Assembly (NCBI GenBank): GCA_032250835.1
Contig: JAVVEA010000009.1
Coordinates: 1 to 64,000, forward strand
Source: a bacterium
GTDB taxonomy: Bacteria; SAR324; XYD2-FULL-50-16
Direction: 5' to 3'
Length of the DNA stretch: 64,000 bases
The notes below the pieces were generated by a model. The model made no database searches and had not been told where the DNA came from. It was given only the letters and a program-made list of their open reading frames with translations. This document shows, one piece after another, positions 48,729-57,320 of this stretch. A program made the position numbers and the translations under genes. Position 1 is the stretch's first letter, and each line of letters opens with the position of its first letter.

Positions 48729-49183
48729 GTTCTCTCCCTCCGGCTCCGCGCAATATACGCCCAGATACTTGGCAGGTGGTCTTATTGATGGGCTCTTTTT
48801 CTGTTTGTCTTTTTAGCGGGTTGGGACTTTGGGCCTTAGCCGAATGGGTTCCCAAAAACCCTTTTTCGGCAACCGGGCATCCCTTAAAAACGCCCCTATT
48901 GGCCCTGCATTTAAGCGGCATGGCCTTATTGCTGATCGGCTTAGGTAGCCTGATCCCCTGGCACCTTCGGGTGATCGTCCGCCGCCCCTTGAACCTAGGT
49001 GGGTTGCACTTGGCCTTGGGGCTAAGCTTTTTATTATTTTCTGGGCTTAATATGTTGGTGGTCTTGCCTGAAGACTGGGCCAACGGGATGCGGTGGCTCC
49101 ACCGGGGGCTGGGGGTAGGGGTGCCGCTGCTGGTAGGGGCGCATTTGAGGCGCTCTAGAGCGGCGATTAAAGTTAAGGTTTAG
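48725..49183 (+). CDS. Hypothetical 4-TM membrane protein (His-containing, possibly heme b)
   Basis: Four hydrophobic helices with His residues; ATGA overlap with the upstream gene. Confidence 0.6.
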   Translation: MSSLPPAPRNIRPDTWQVVLLMGSFSVCLFSGLGLWALAEWVPKNPFSATGHPLKTPLLALHLSGMALLLIGLGSLIPWHLRVIVRRPLNLGGLHLALGLSFLLFSGLNMLVVLPEDWANGMRWLHRGLGVGVPLLVGAHLRRSRAAIKVKV

Positions 49184-49290
49184 CTAAAGCACCCGAAAAA
49201 AGTTTTTGCATTTTTAAATTTTTGGTCCCTGTGTTAGCTTGTAGGCTGCCGAACCCGAATGATCCACCGCCTTTCCTAAGCCAGTATTCT

Positions 49291-50718
49291 ATGAGCAGTC
49301 TGGGCAAGATCTTGATCGTAGACGACGAGAAGCGCTCCGTCGAATCGCTGACCAGAGCGTTGGACCGGGAGTTTGAGGTGCTGGCGGCGAGCACCGCCGA
49401 AGAGGCCATGGCGCTTTTGGACGAGCACAAGATCAAGGTGATCCTCTGCGACAACCGCATGCCCGGCACCTCGGGGGTCGAACTGCTGGCCCAGGTGCGC
49501 CAGCAATGGCCCGATGTGGTGCGCCTGCTGATCTCCGCCTATTCGGACGTAGAAGACATCATCGACAGCATCAACAGCGGGGGGATCTACCAGTTCATCG
49601 CCAAGCCTTGGAACCCCAACAACTTGATGGTGATTTTAAAGAACGTGGTGATGCTCTATGACCTGCAAAAAGAAAATGCCCTGCTGGTTACCGAGACCCG
49701 CCTGACCACCGATGCGCTGCGCGAACACAACCTTACGGTCAAGAAGAAGCTCAAGGAAAACTTCCATATCAACAGCATCTACCGCTCGCCCGAATCCCCG
49801 CTGAACCAAGCATGCGAGCAGTTAATCAAGGTCGCGCCCTACGATATTTCGGTTCTGTTGACCGGTGAGTCGGGCACCGGCAAGGAGATGTTCGCCCGCG
49901 CGCTGCATTATAACTCGGGGCGTGCCGAGAAGCCCTTTGTGGCCGAAAACTGCGCCGCCTTAACCGACGAATTTTTGTCTAGCGAGCTCTTTGGCCATAA
50001 GAAGGGTGCCTTTACCGGGGCGGTGACCGACCATGTAGGCTTGCTCGAACAGGCCGACGGCGGGACGGTGTTTTTAGACGAAATCGGCGACGTAACGCCG
50101 GGCTTTCAGTTGAAATTACTGAGGGTTTTACAAGAAGGCGAATTCCGTCCCTTAGGCGGCAACCAAAGCCGCAAGGTAGACATCCGCATCGTCGCGGCGA
50201 CGAACCGCAACCTTGAAGAGGACGTCAAGGCGGGCCGGTTCCGTGGCGACCTCTATTACCGCTTGGCCACCGTCTCGATCAACCTACTGCCCCTGCGCCA
50301 GCGCCGGGTAGATATTCCTCTAATTGCCGAGCAGGTCTTGGCCAATTCCATGAGCATCTTCGGCAAACAGGTCAAGGGCTTCACGCCCGAAGCCTTGGCC
50401 ATGATCCAGGCCTTCGATTGGCCCGGCAACGTGCGGGAGTTGCAAAACGAGGTGCAGCGCTGCTTGGTCCTCTCGGCAGGCCCTTGGATCGAAGTCGAGG
50501 ACCTCTCGCCCAAACTCCGCCAAAAAGCCCCGGCCCAGGTTTCAAGCGGCAGCCTAGCCGAGCGCGTCCAGCAACTAGAAGAACAGATGATCTTAGACGC
50601 CATGTCCCGCCACCACCAAAACAAAACCAAGGTGGCCGAGGAACTGGGCCTCTCCCGCGTGGGCCTGCGCGCCAAGCTGGAGCGGTACCAGTTGGGTGAT
50701 GGGGTGGGGGCGAGTTGA
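49291..50718 (+). CDS. hoxA: Sigma54-dependent response regulator HoxA/HupR
   Basis: REC domain, GESGTGKE, GAFTGA, WPGNVREL and C-terminal LGLSRVGLRAKL HTH. Confidence 0.88.
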   Translation: MSSLGKILIVDDEKRSVESLTRALDREFEVLAASTAEEAMALLDEHKIKVILCDNRMPGTSGVELLAQVRQQWPDVVRLLISAYSDVEDIIDSINSGGIYQFIAKPWNPNNLMVILKNVVMLYDLQKENALLVTETRLTTDALREHNLTVKKKLKENFHINSIYRSPESPLNQACEQLIKVAPYDISVLLTGESGTGKEMFARALHYNSGRAEKPFVAENCAALTDEFLSSELFGHKKGAFTGAVTDHVGLLEQADGGTVFLDEIGDVTPGFQLKLLRVLQEGEFRPLGGNQSRKVDIRIVAATNRNLEEDVKAGRFRGDLYYRLATVSINLLPLRQRRVDIPLIAEQVLANSMSIFGKQVKGFTPEALAMIQAFDWPGNVRELQNEVQRCLVLSAGPWIEVEDLSPKLRQKAPAQVSSGSLAERVQQLEEQMILDAMSRHHQNKTKVAEELGLSRVGLRAKLERYQLGDGVGAS

Positions 50719-50859
50719 GGGGGGTGGGTGAACCGACTTCCTATAGTGGGACCCAATGGGTATAACTTAAGGGGCGGATACTTTAGCAATAAACTTTAAG
50801 ATTCATCCGACAGTGGTATCTATCGTTGTGGATTGAGGCCCATTCTAGCTAAGGCGGTG

Positions 50860-50883
50860 AAATAGGTATGCTGTCACCGGATT
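50860..50883 (-). repeat. Reverse 24-bp motif copy (left end of accessory block)
   Basis: aaataggtatgctgtcaccggatt; its reverse complement matches 53060-53083 at 22/24 positions. Confidence 0.8.
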
Positions 50884-51077
50884 ATAGACCTATCAATCCC
50901 CAGAAACCTCCCCGACCGATTCCGCCCGGACAGGGCGGGCTGAACACTGGGGAAGTCAAAATAACAGGTATCTCCGTCATAACAGCCCTTGAACTCCGCG
51001 CGCAGGCGCAGATCGGCGGCCTGGGTCGAGGCAGAAGCCAGTAGGAGGAGCAGGAGCAAATAAGGGGTGCGGATCAT
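50874..51077 (-). pseudogene. Truncated thermonuclease (SNase-like) gene
   Basis: Signal peptide, CYDGDT and RFLGID, then an abrupt end at the motif-derived TGA. Confidence 0.6.
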
Positions 51078-51186
51078 GGGCGGTTTTGCTAAAGCGTTTA
51101 GGTACATACTGCCTGCCCTCCGCCCCTTCGAACAGGACAAAAAAGGGCAACGGGCCGCAATCCTGCAAATTCTACCTGGAGAGCAA

Positions 51187-52071
51187 ATGCCCAAAACCAG
51201 CAGCCTAACCAAAGACATCCCCGAACCCTTCCTACGCCAGCGCCGCAATATGATGCTGATCTCGGTGCTCTTGATTGCCATCGTATTTTATGGCAAGAAC
51301 CCCGATCAAACCGTCAGTCTTTCGGGGCTCACGTTCAAAATGAGTCTTTGCCAGGTCATGCTTTGGGGCTTATTCTTTTTGGTTTATTTCACCTGGCGCG
51401 CCTGGCAGCGGATTGACTTCGCGCTGTTCACCATCACCCCAGAAGACCAAAACGCCGTTCTTAGGGGCTTGGTAAATGCGGGATTTGCTTGTCATCCAAA
51501 CACCAATCTAAATGAAGTCTCTGTGGAACGCTATTCTTTGGACCGCAGCCGGGTTTCTTTTATGGCTAAAGTCGGAGAAAACGGCTTGCGGCAAGATTGC
51601 ATGATTTCTACTCATCAAGACAAGGCCGAGATTAACAATAAATTGCGCACCTTTTGTAGAAGAACTGCAAAGGGCACCCGCTTGGCTGCAAAATGCCCCG
51701 AATTAGCTGACGTAAGCGAGTTCTGGGGGCTCATTTTGTCCGAGGAGAGGGATTCACCCAATGCCATAATTCGAAACGACATTGCCCCAAAGCTCGAAGT
51801 TTTCGACTTGATGCGCAAGACGCCCAGGACCAAACAATTCTGGAAGCACCCATATTTTTCCGATTTTCACCTGCCTTTTATTTTGGCCTGGTTCGCTATG
51901 GGCCTTACGTTGGGTAAGCTCCTTCTTTTGGCTACCGACTGCAACTGGTTTTGGACGCTGACCACTGGCGGTTTTTTGGTGATGGCTTCAGTGGTTGCGG
52001 CTGTTCTGTTGCTGATCCGATCGGAAATCTGGTGGCAGTACACCATTTTCAAGGAATCAGCGCCCAAATAG
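51187..52071 (+). CDS. Hypothetical membrane protein
   Basis: GGAG RBS; two N-terminal and two C-terminal TM helices around a soluble domain. Confidence 0.7.
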   Translation: MPKTSSLTKDIPEPFLRQRRNMMLISVLLIAIVFYGKNPDQTVSLSGLTFKMSLCQVMLWGLFFLVYFTWRAWQRIDFALFTITPEDQNAVLRGLVNAGFACHPNTNLNEVSVERYSLDRSRVSFMAKVGENGLRQDCMISTHQDKAEINNKLRTFCRRTAKGTRLAAKCPELADVSEFWGLILSEERDSPNAIIRNDIAPKLEVFDLMRKTPRTKQFWKHPYFSDFHLPFILAWFAMGLTLGKLLLLATDCNWFWTLTTGGFLVMASVVAAVLLLIRSEIWWQYTIFKESAPK

Positions 52072-52149
52072 ATTTCGTATTTTCTTCGACAAGGTGGTTA
52101 ACCGGCGCATTGCCCTTCAAGCCTCAACTTGAACAAGCCTCAGCCCCCC

Positions 52150-52266
52150 TCAATGCACCGTACACTGCATACAAGGATCAAAGCTGCGGACCACCATCCA
52201 GAGTTCGGGGGCCGGTTGGTCGCCGCTGTATTTTAGGCCCTCTAAGGGCATTTCGCAGGGGCCGGG
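52150..52266 (-). pseudogene. Diverged duplicate of the hoxC 3' end
   Basis: Aligns to 53583-53699 with 7 substitutions by hand count; encodes PGPCEM...RSFDPCMQCTVH*. Confidence 0.9.
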
Positions 52267-52298
52267 AGGCCAGATTGCCCACCGGTCCAACCAAGCCT

Positions 52299-52697
52299 TC
52301 ACGCCCCCACCTCGTACTCCAGCGCCGCCTTGGCCAAAAACTCTGAGCGGTTGAGGCCTTGCTTCTTGGCCTTTTCGTCGATCTGTTCCAGCTGGTTGCT
52401 GGGCAGACTGATATTGACCCGAACGGTCTTGCTGTATCCGGCCACCAGCTTGGGGTTGACCGGCACCGGCACCAAGTGTTGGCCCGCCTCCAGCCCCTTG
52501 CGGACCTGAGCGAAGGTGGAGGGCTCGGGCACGTCCTTTTCGTCGGCCAGCCAATGGGCCAGCGCGTCTTCGGCCATTTCGACCGCTTCTTCCCAGGTTT
52601 CGCCGTAAGAGATACAGCCCGGCAAGTCGGCGAAGGTGACCGTGAACCCGCCCTCGGGTTCTTCGGTGAAGGTTGCCAGGTAGTGTAATGATTTCAT
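52299..52697 (-). CDS. hicB: HicB family antitoxin (C-terminal RHH)
   Basis: VTFADLPGCISYGETWEEA, RVNISLP and NRSEFLAKAA. Confidence 0.92.
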   Translation of the reverse strand: MKSLHYLATFTEEPEGGFTVTFADLPGCISYGETWEEAVEMAEDALAHWLADEKDVPEPSTFAQVRKGLEAGQHLVPVPVNPKLVAGYSKTVRVNISLPSNQLEQIDEKAKKQGLNRSEFLAKAALEYEVGA

Positions 52698-52752
52698 CCT
52701 TTCCCTATCTTTCAGGAGGTTTATAGTGACCTCTCAGCCACTTTTTCGGGGC

Positions 52753-52929
52753 TTACTTGAGACCCGCTGCCTTGAGAATGCTGTTTGCCGTCCCTATGGG
52801 GACGTCCCCTTTGTGCCGGGGGACGGTGATGGGCCGCTCACCTTCCTTAATCCACTTGGTATGCTTCGAACCCTCGTCCTTAGCCCATCCGGCTTGTTTC
52901 AGCATTTTTTCGATCTCTTTGACTTTCAT
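52753..52929 (-). CDS. hicA: HicA family mRNA interferase toxin (58 aa, absent from the ORF track)
   Basis: Hand translation: MKVKEIEKMLKQAGWAKDEGSKHTKWIKEGERPITVPRHKGDVPIGTANSILKAAGLK. Confidence 0.9.
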   Translation of the reverse strand: MKVKEIEKMLKQAGWAKDEGSKHTKWIKEGERPITVPRHKGDVPIGTANSILKAAGLK

Positions 52930-52962
52930 TTGTGTCTTAGTAGCTGTTTAGAATATGCACTA

Positions 52963-53004
52963 ATCATACACACAATACACACCAAATATCAAGAAGAATA
53001 CACA
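52963..53004 (-). promoter_or_regulatory. hicAB promoter with repeated operator half-sites
   Basis: TTGATA-18-TATGAT on the minus strand; TGTGTAT occurs three times. Confidence 0.6.
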
Positions 53005-53059
53005 CTCACCACCGATTGCCCAGAATGGAGAACCTATGCATTCTGTTTGGACCCTTTTA

Positions 53060-53119
53060 AATCAGGTGGCAGCATACCTATTTAAATAATCAGAGAAATC
53101 CGGGGACAGTAACCTATTT
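53060..53119 (+). repeat. Two forward motif copies (right end of accessory block)
   Basis: aatcaggtggcagcatacctattt (53060-83) and aatccggggacagtaacctattt (53097-119). Confidence 0.8.
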
Positions 53120-53189
53120 TTCGCCAAAAAATAAGGGGCCAGTATACTTTCTCTGAGCCCGGAAGAAAAGGGCTTTAGGTTCCCTCTTG

Positions 53190-53520
53190 CGAGCGGCTTA
53201 GAGCCCCTAGCCAAGCGTAGCGGCCAAAATGCCACCTGTTCGAGCTTCGAGCGAAGCGAGGGCGAGTTTGGCATTTTAGCGGAGCGAGGCGTAGGGGGTC
53301 TTAGCCGCGAAGGTCGAGGGCTCGTTTCTTTGTTACTTTTCTTTGCGAGCCAAAGAAAGTAATCCCATCTCTTTAAACCTCCCAGTGGCTTTGTGCCTCC
53401 AAGAAGCCTGAAAAGAAGGGATGTTGGCTTCGCCAACGGTTTAGGCTGCGCAACACTCGCAGTGCTCGCGTTGTCACACACGTCGCCCTCAGCCTGCGGC
53501 CTCGAAGCTCCTTAGTGGGG
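53190..53520. repeat. Long imperfect palindromic extragenic element (MITE/REP-like)
   Basis: Nested stems gcggct/agccgc, agagcccct/agggggtct and aaaatgcc/ggcatttt; tgttcgagc...gcgagtt; ttacttttctttg-cgagc-caaagaaagtaa hairpin. Confidence 0.6.
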
Positions 53521-53582
53521 CCGATGGCCCCTGGACCCCGCTTATTTTTTTTCAACGGGATCAAAAGACGCTCAAGGCCCCC

Positions 53583-55028
53583 TCAATGCACCGTACACTG
53601 CATACAAGGGTCAAAGCTGCGGACCACCATCCAGAGTTCCGGGGCCGGTTGGTTGCCGGTGTATTTTAAGCCCTCCAAGGCCATTTCGCAGGGGCCGGGC
53701 TGGCCTATGGCGTCGCGGGGGGAGAAGTTCCAGCTGGTGGGGGCGACGATCTGGTAGCGGGTGAGTTTGCCTTCTTGGATTTCAATAAAGTGGCCTAGGC
53801 TGCCCCGCGCCGCCTCGACCAAGCCCTGGGCGGCACCGTTTTTAAAGGGATGCTCGCCGGGGGCGTAAAAGGGTTGGTTGAGGTCTAGTTGTTCTAGCCA
53901 TTGTTTCATCGCCCCAGTCAGCCGGGCGACCTCGATCCAGCGGGCCAAGACGCGGCTCAAGACGCTTTGGCCCCAGGTCTGGTAGGCGCTTAAAGCCAGC
54001 GGTTGCCCGTCGATCACTTGGCGGGATAAGGAGCCTACCGAAACGGGCTGGCCGCCGTAGCGGACCGCTTTGTTGTAGCTATACCGCCCCTCGCCCTCGC
54101 CGCCCAGTTGGGTAACGCCTTGGCTGGGGTGCAGCGGTTCGGTGGGGCCCTCAAGCCAAGAGGAAGCCAGGTCTTCGGTGATTTGGTCTACCTTAAGGGG
54201 CCCTAAGCCCTGTTGGTAAAAGCCGGGCGCAAATCCGCCCCAGTCCTTGCCGCCATAGGCCCCGAAGCTCATCATGGCCGTGTCGGTAGGCCCCAGCCTT
54301 TCCCAGCCCTCTGCTAAAGCAATATTCAGCCAAAAGCCCAGGTCTGATTCCCGGTGGTCTTGAACCCACTGGGTCAATTCGCCGCAGTCCTTCAACGCCA
54401 AAAATTCGGCCAGCGGCCCGCCATAGGTGCGTTGTTCTAAAAACCGCACCACCCGGCCTAAGCGGTCCAAAAATTCCGCCCGTTCGCTCAGGCTGGTTAC
54501 CTTGGCAATCCCGCCGGGCAACATAGAAATGCTGTGCGGCCATTTGCCCGCCAAGGGGCTGAGCATGCCCAAGATGGTGGCGCGGGTGTCTAGTGCTTCA
54601 AGCCAGGGGTGGCTTTGAGGGGCGAAGCGGGCGGTGGCCGCCTTATACCAGGGCTTTTGGGCAAAGGCCTGGGCCCCCAACTCGGGCCAAAAATAGAGGT
54701 AGCCGTGGGCGAAGAGGTCCGAGAGGTTTTCGGCGGCCTGCATCAAATGAAAGACCAACTGGGCGTTGCGGGGCGTCTCGACCCCGGCGGCTTGGGCTAG
54801 CGCGTTGCGCGCGGCGACGGACTGGGAGACCGAACAGATGCCGCAAACGCGCGGCGCAATGGCCAGGGCGTCTTGGGCGTCGCGCCCGACCAACATATTC
54901 TCAAATCCCCGGAACATAGGCGCGGTGATATAGGCCGCCTGGACTTGGTTTCCTTGGCGCTCCAGCCGGATTTCTAAGTCCCCTTCGATGCGCGAAAAGG
55001 GGCCCAATAGGGTTTGTTTGCCCGTCAT
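53583..55028 (-). CDS. hoxC: H2-sensing regulatory hydrogenase large subunit (group 2b)
   Basis: GPFSRIEGDL, PRVCGICSVSQS, and ends at DPCMQCTVH with no C-terminal extension. Confidence 0.92.
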   Translation of the reverse strand: MTGKQTLLGPFSRIEGDLEIRLERQGNQVQAAYITAPMFRGFENMLVGRDAQDALAIAPRVCGICSVSQSVAARNALAQAAGVETPRNAQLVFHLMQAAENLSDLFAHGYLYFWPELGAQAFAQKPWYKAATARFAPQSHPWLEALDTRATILGMLSPLAGKWPHSISMLPGGIAKVTSLSERAEFLDRLGRVVRFLEQRTYGGPLAEFLALKDCGELTQWVQDHRESDLGFWLNIALAEGWERLGPTDTAMMSFGAYGGKDWGGFAPGFYQQGLGPLKVDQITEDLASSWLEGPTEPLHPSQGVTQLGGEGEGRYSYNKAVRYGGQPVSVGSLSRQVIDGQPLALSAYQTWGQSVLSRVLARWIEVARLTGAMKQWLEQLDLNQPFYAPGEHPFKNGAAQGLVEAARGSLGHFIEIQEGKLTRYQIVAPTSWNFSPRDAIGQPGPCEMALEGLKYTGNQPAPELWMVVRSFDPCMQCTVH

Positions 55029-56002
55029 TTGGTGGGTTTTTTAGGTTGGTTGGGAGGCACGCGGATGAAGGGGGAATTGGCGTTGGTCCGCACCCGCTCT
55101 GGCGTTGCCGCCTTGGACAAGGCCGAAAGGGCGACAAACCAAGCCTTGGGCATGTCGGTGGGCAAGGTGCTGGGCAGGCCCGCGACCTTGGCGGTCTCTA
55201 AAAAAGGATGGCCAGGCTGTTGGAACCCCGGCGCGGTGCAGTCGATGCAGGAATATCCTCCGCGCAGGCAGGAACCCCCGCCGGGCCAAAGCCGGATGTT
55301 GCAGTCGCCCCGTGCCTGGGTCCCTTTACAGCCGAAGTTTTCCATCAAACAGCCCATACAGTTCGCCTCACCGGCGCTGGACTTATATTCGTAATACTCG
55401 TTGCGCGGGCAGCCGTGGTGGACCAAGTGGTTGGTGTAAAAGTTGAGCCGGTTGAACTCGTCTAAGACCAACTCCCCGTTGACCAAAAAGCTCATGCAGT
55501 CGGCAAACCAGCCTGCATGGATGGCGCAGCCCGCCAGATTGATCACCGGGCGGCCCGACCGGCTGCGGTACTTAGCCCCCAAAAAGCCGCCCAAATGTTT
55601 GTTGTCATATTGCAACCCCATGGCCCCGGCGGGGTTCGGGCCCACCGCGCTCATGCCGCCGAAGGCGGTGCAGCTGCCGATGGCCAGTAGGTTGCCCGCC
55701 ACTTGGGACAACTCACCGATCAAGTCGCTCATCATGCCGGGCCGCCCCGAGAGCCGGTGGGCCGCCCCGCCGTTGGCGGTCAGGACCGAGCCTTCAATGC
55801 ACAAATAATCCAGCGGCTCGCGCCCGGCTAAAAAGCCGTCCACTATTGCCCAAAAGTCCGGGCCTGAAGGGACGCTACAGGCCGGGTGCCAGACCATTTC
55901 CACGCCCAAGCGCTGCAAGCGGGGCATCAGGTCGGGCTGTAACAAGAGGGATTGGCTACAGCCGCCGCAACCGCCGGACTGAATCCACAATAATTTACTC
56001 AT
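55025..56002 (-). CDS. hoxB: H2-sensing hydrogenase small subunit
   Basis: No Tat signal; QSGGCGGCS, HHGCPRNEYYEYK and a C-terminal PTDMPKAWFVAL tail. Confidence 0.92.
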   Translation of the reverse strand: MSKLLWIQSGGCGGCSQSLLLQPDLMPRLQRLGVEMVWHPACSVPSGPDFWAIVDGFLAGREPLDYLCIEGSVLTANGGAAHRLSGRPGMMSDLIGELSQVAGNLLAIGSCTAFGGMSAVGPNPAGAMGLQYDNKHLGGFLGAKYRSRSGRPVINLAGCAIHAGWFADCMSFLVNGELVLDEFNRLNFYTNHLVHHGCPRNEYYEYKSSAGEANCMGCLMENFGCKGTQARGDCNIRLWPGGGSCLRGGYSCIDCTAPGFQQPGHPFLETAKVAGLPSTLPTDMPKAWFVALSALSKAATPERVRTNANSPFIRVPPNQPKKPTK

Positions 56003-57320
56003 GGCGCGGCTTGAGCGGGAGGGTGAAGGTAAATTGGGCTCCCTCGGCGTGGTTGGCCGCCTTGAGCGTGCCGCCTAGTTTTTCGATGATGCCAAAGCTA
56101 ACCGAAAGGCCCAGGCCGGTCCCCTCGCCGATGGGCTTGGTGGTAAAAAAGGGTTCCCAAATCTTGTCTAGGTTCTGGGGCGTGATGCCGCTGCCCCAAT
56201 CTTTAAAACAGACCCAGGCCCTATTCCCCTTGGTTCCGGCGGTCAATTCCAGTTGGGGCGTCGGGTTTTCGGCCATGGCGTCCATGGCATTTTGCAGCAG
56301 GTTGACGATCACTTGGCTGATCTCGCCCGCCGGGGCCTGGACCAGTAAACTTTCGGGCATTTGGTCGATTACCTGGGGCGCAACCTTGCCCTTGATCCAG
56401 CCCAAGGCCGTCCGTACCGCTTTGCAGAGATCAAATTCAATGCTCTGGCGGGTTTGGGTGGACGAAAACTGCTTGAGCCCGGCGATGATGTCTTGCAACC
56501 GCACCGCCCCTTCCATGCTGCCTTCGACCAGCGGGTTGATGTCGGCTAAGATCTTGACGATATGCAGGTCCTTTCGAGCCGCATCCAGCTGGGCGGGGCT
56601 TTGTTCCTGCTCTAGGCGGCCAATGTATTGGCCGATCTGGCCCAGATAGTCTTGCAGGATAAAGAGGTTGCTGAACAAGAAGCTGAAGGGGTTGTTCATC
56701 TCATGGGCCACCCCGGCGACCAACCGGCCCAGGCTGGCCATCTTCTCGGCGTGGATCAGTTGTTCCTGGGTTTGCATCAACTCCTGGTGGGCCTGTTCTA
56801 ATTCCTTATAGGCCCGCTGCAATTCGCCGATGGGCCGCCCGATCAGCACCAACCCAGCGTAGGCCCCGTCGTTGTCAAAACGCGGCGAGCTGTTGACGCT
56901 GAGCCGCAACAATTCCTGGTCCACCAGTAAATCCATTTCTAGGTCTTGGCAGGGAATGCGCCCGTTGGTCATCAACTGCCGCAGCTTCTTTTGCTCCTGC
57001 GGCGCGAAGCAGGCCTCTAAAGATTGGCCCAGAAGGGATTTGGGGTCCAAGTGGGCGATGCGTTCAAAGAACTGGTTGACCTTGATCACCCTGCCTTCGG
57101 CGCTGGTGACGATGAGCAGGTCGCTCATGTCGCGCTGGATGTTGTCTAAAAAATCGTTGGCTTTGCGCAGCTCTAGGTTGGACTCTTCTAGCTCCACCTG
57201 GGTCTTGACCAGCTCGGCGTAGGCCTGATCGATCTGGTGGATCACCTCGATCCAGACCGATTCCTGCTCGGGCATCAGGTCCAGTTTATCCAAATCTTTG
57301 GTCTGCTGCGGGGTCGTCAT
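55995..57320 (-). CDS. hoxJ: PAS-domain histidine kinase HoxJ/HupT
   Basis: WIEVI...AYAELV N-terminus, PAS, EKMASLGRLVAGVAHE and PFFTTKPIGEGTGLGL; translationally coupled to hoxB. Confidence 0.9.
   Translation of the reverse strand: MTTPQQTKDLDKLDLMPEQESVWIEVIHQIDQAYAELVKTQVELEESNLELRKANDFLDNIQRDMSDLLIVTSAEGRVIKVNQFFERIAHLDPKSLLGQSLEACFAPQEQKKLRQLMTNGRIPCQDLEMDLLVDQELLRLSVNSSPRFDNDGAYAGLVLIGRPIGELQRAYKELEQAHQELMQTQEQLIHAEKMASLGRLVAGVAHEMNNPFSFLFSNLFILQDYLGQIGQYIGRLEQEQSPAQLDAARKDLHIVKILADINPLVEGSMEGAVRLQDIIAGLKQFSSTQTRQSIEFDLCKAVRTALGWIKGKVAPQVIDQMPESLLVQAPAGEISQVIVNLLQNAMDAMAENPTPQLELTAGTKGNRAWVCFKDWGSGITPQNLDKIWEPFFTTKPIGEGTGLGLSVSFGIIEKLGGTLKAANHAEGAQFTFTLPLKPRHE

Noticed and set aside
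52150-53699. Diversity-generating retroelement TR/VR pair
   Set aside because: The mismatches are not adenine-specific (they include C/G changes), and no reverse transcriptase is present in the window.
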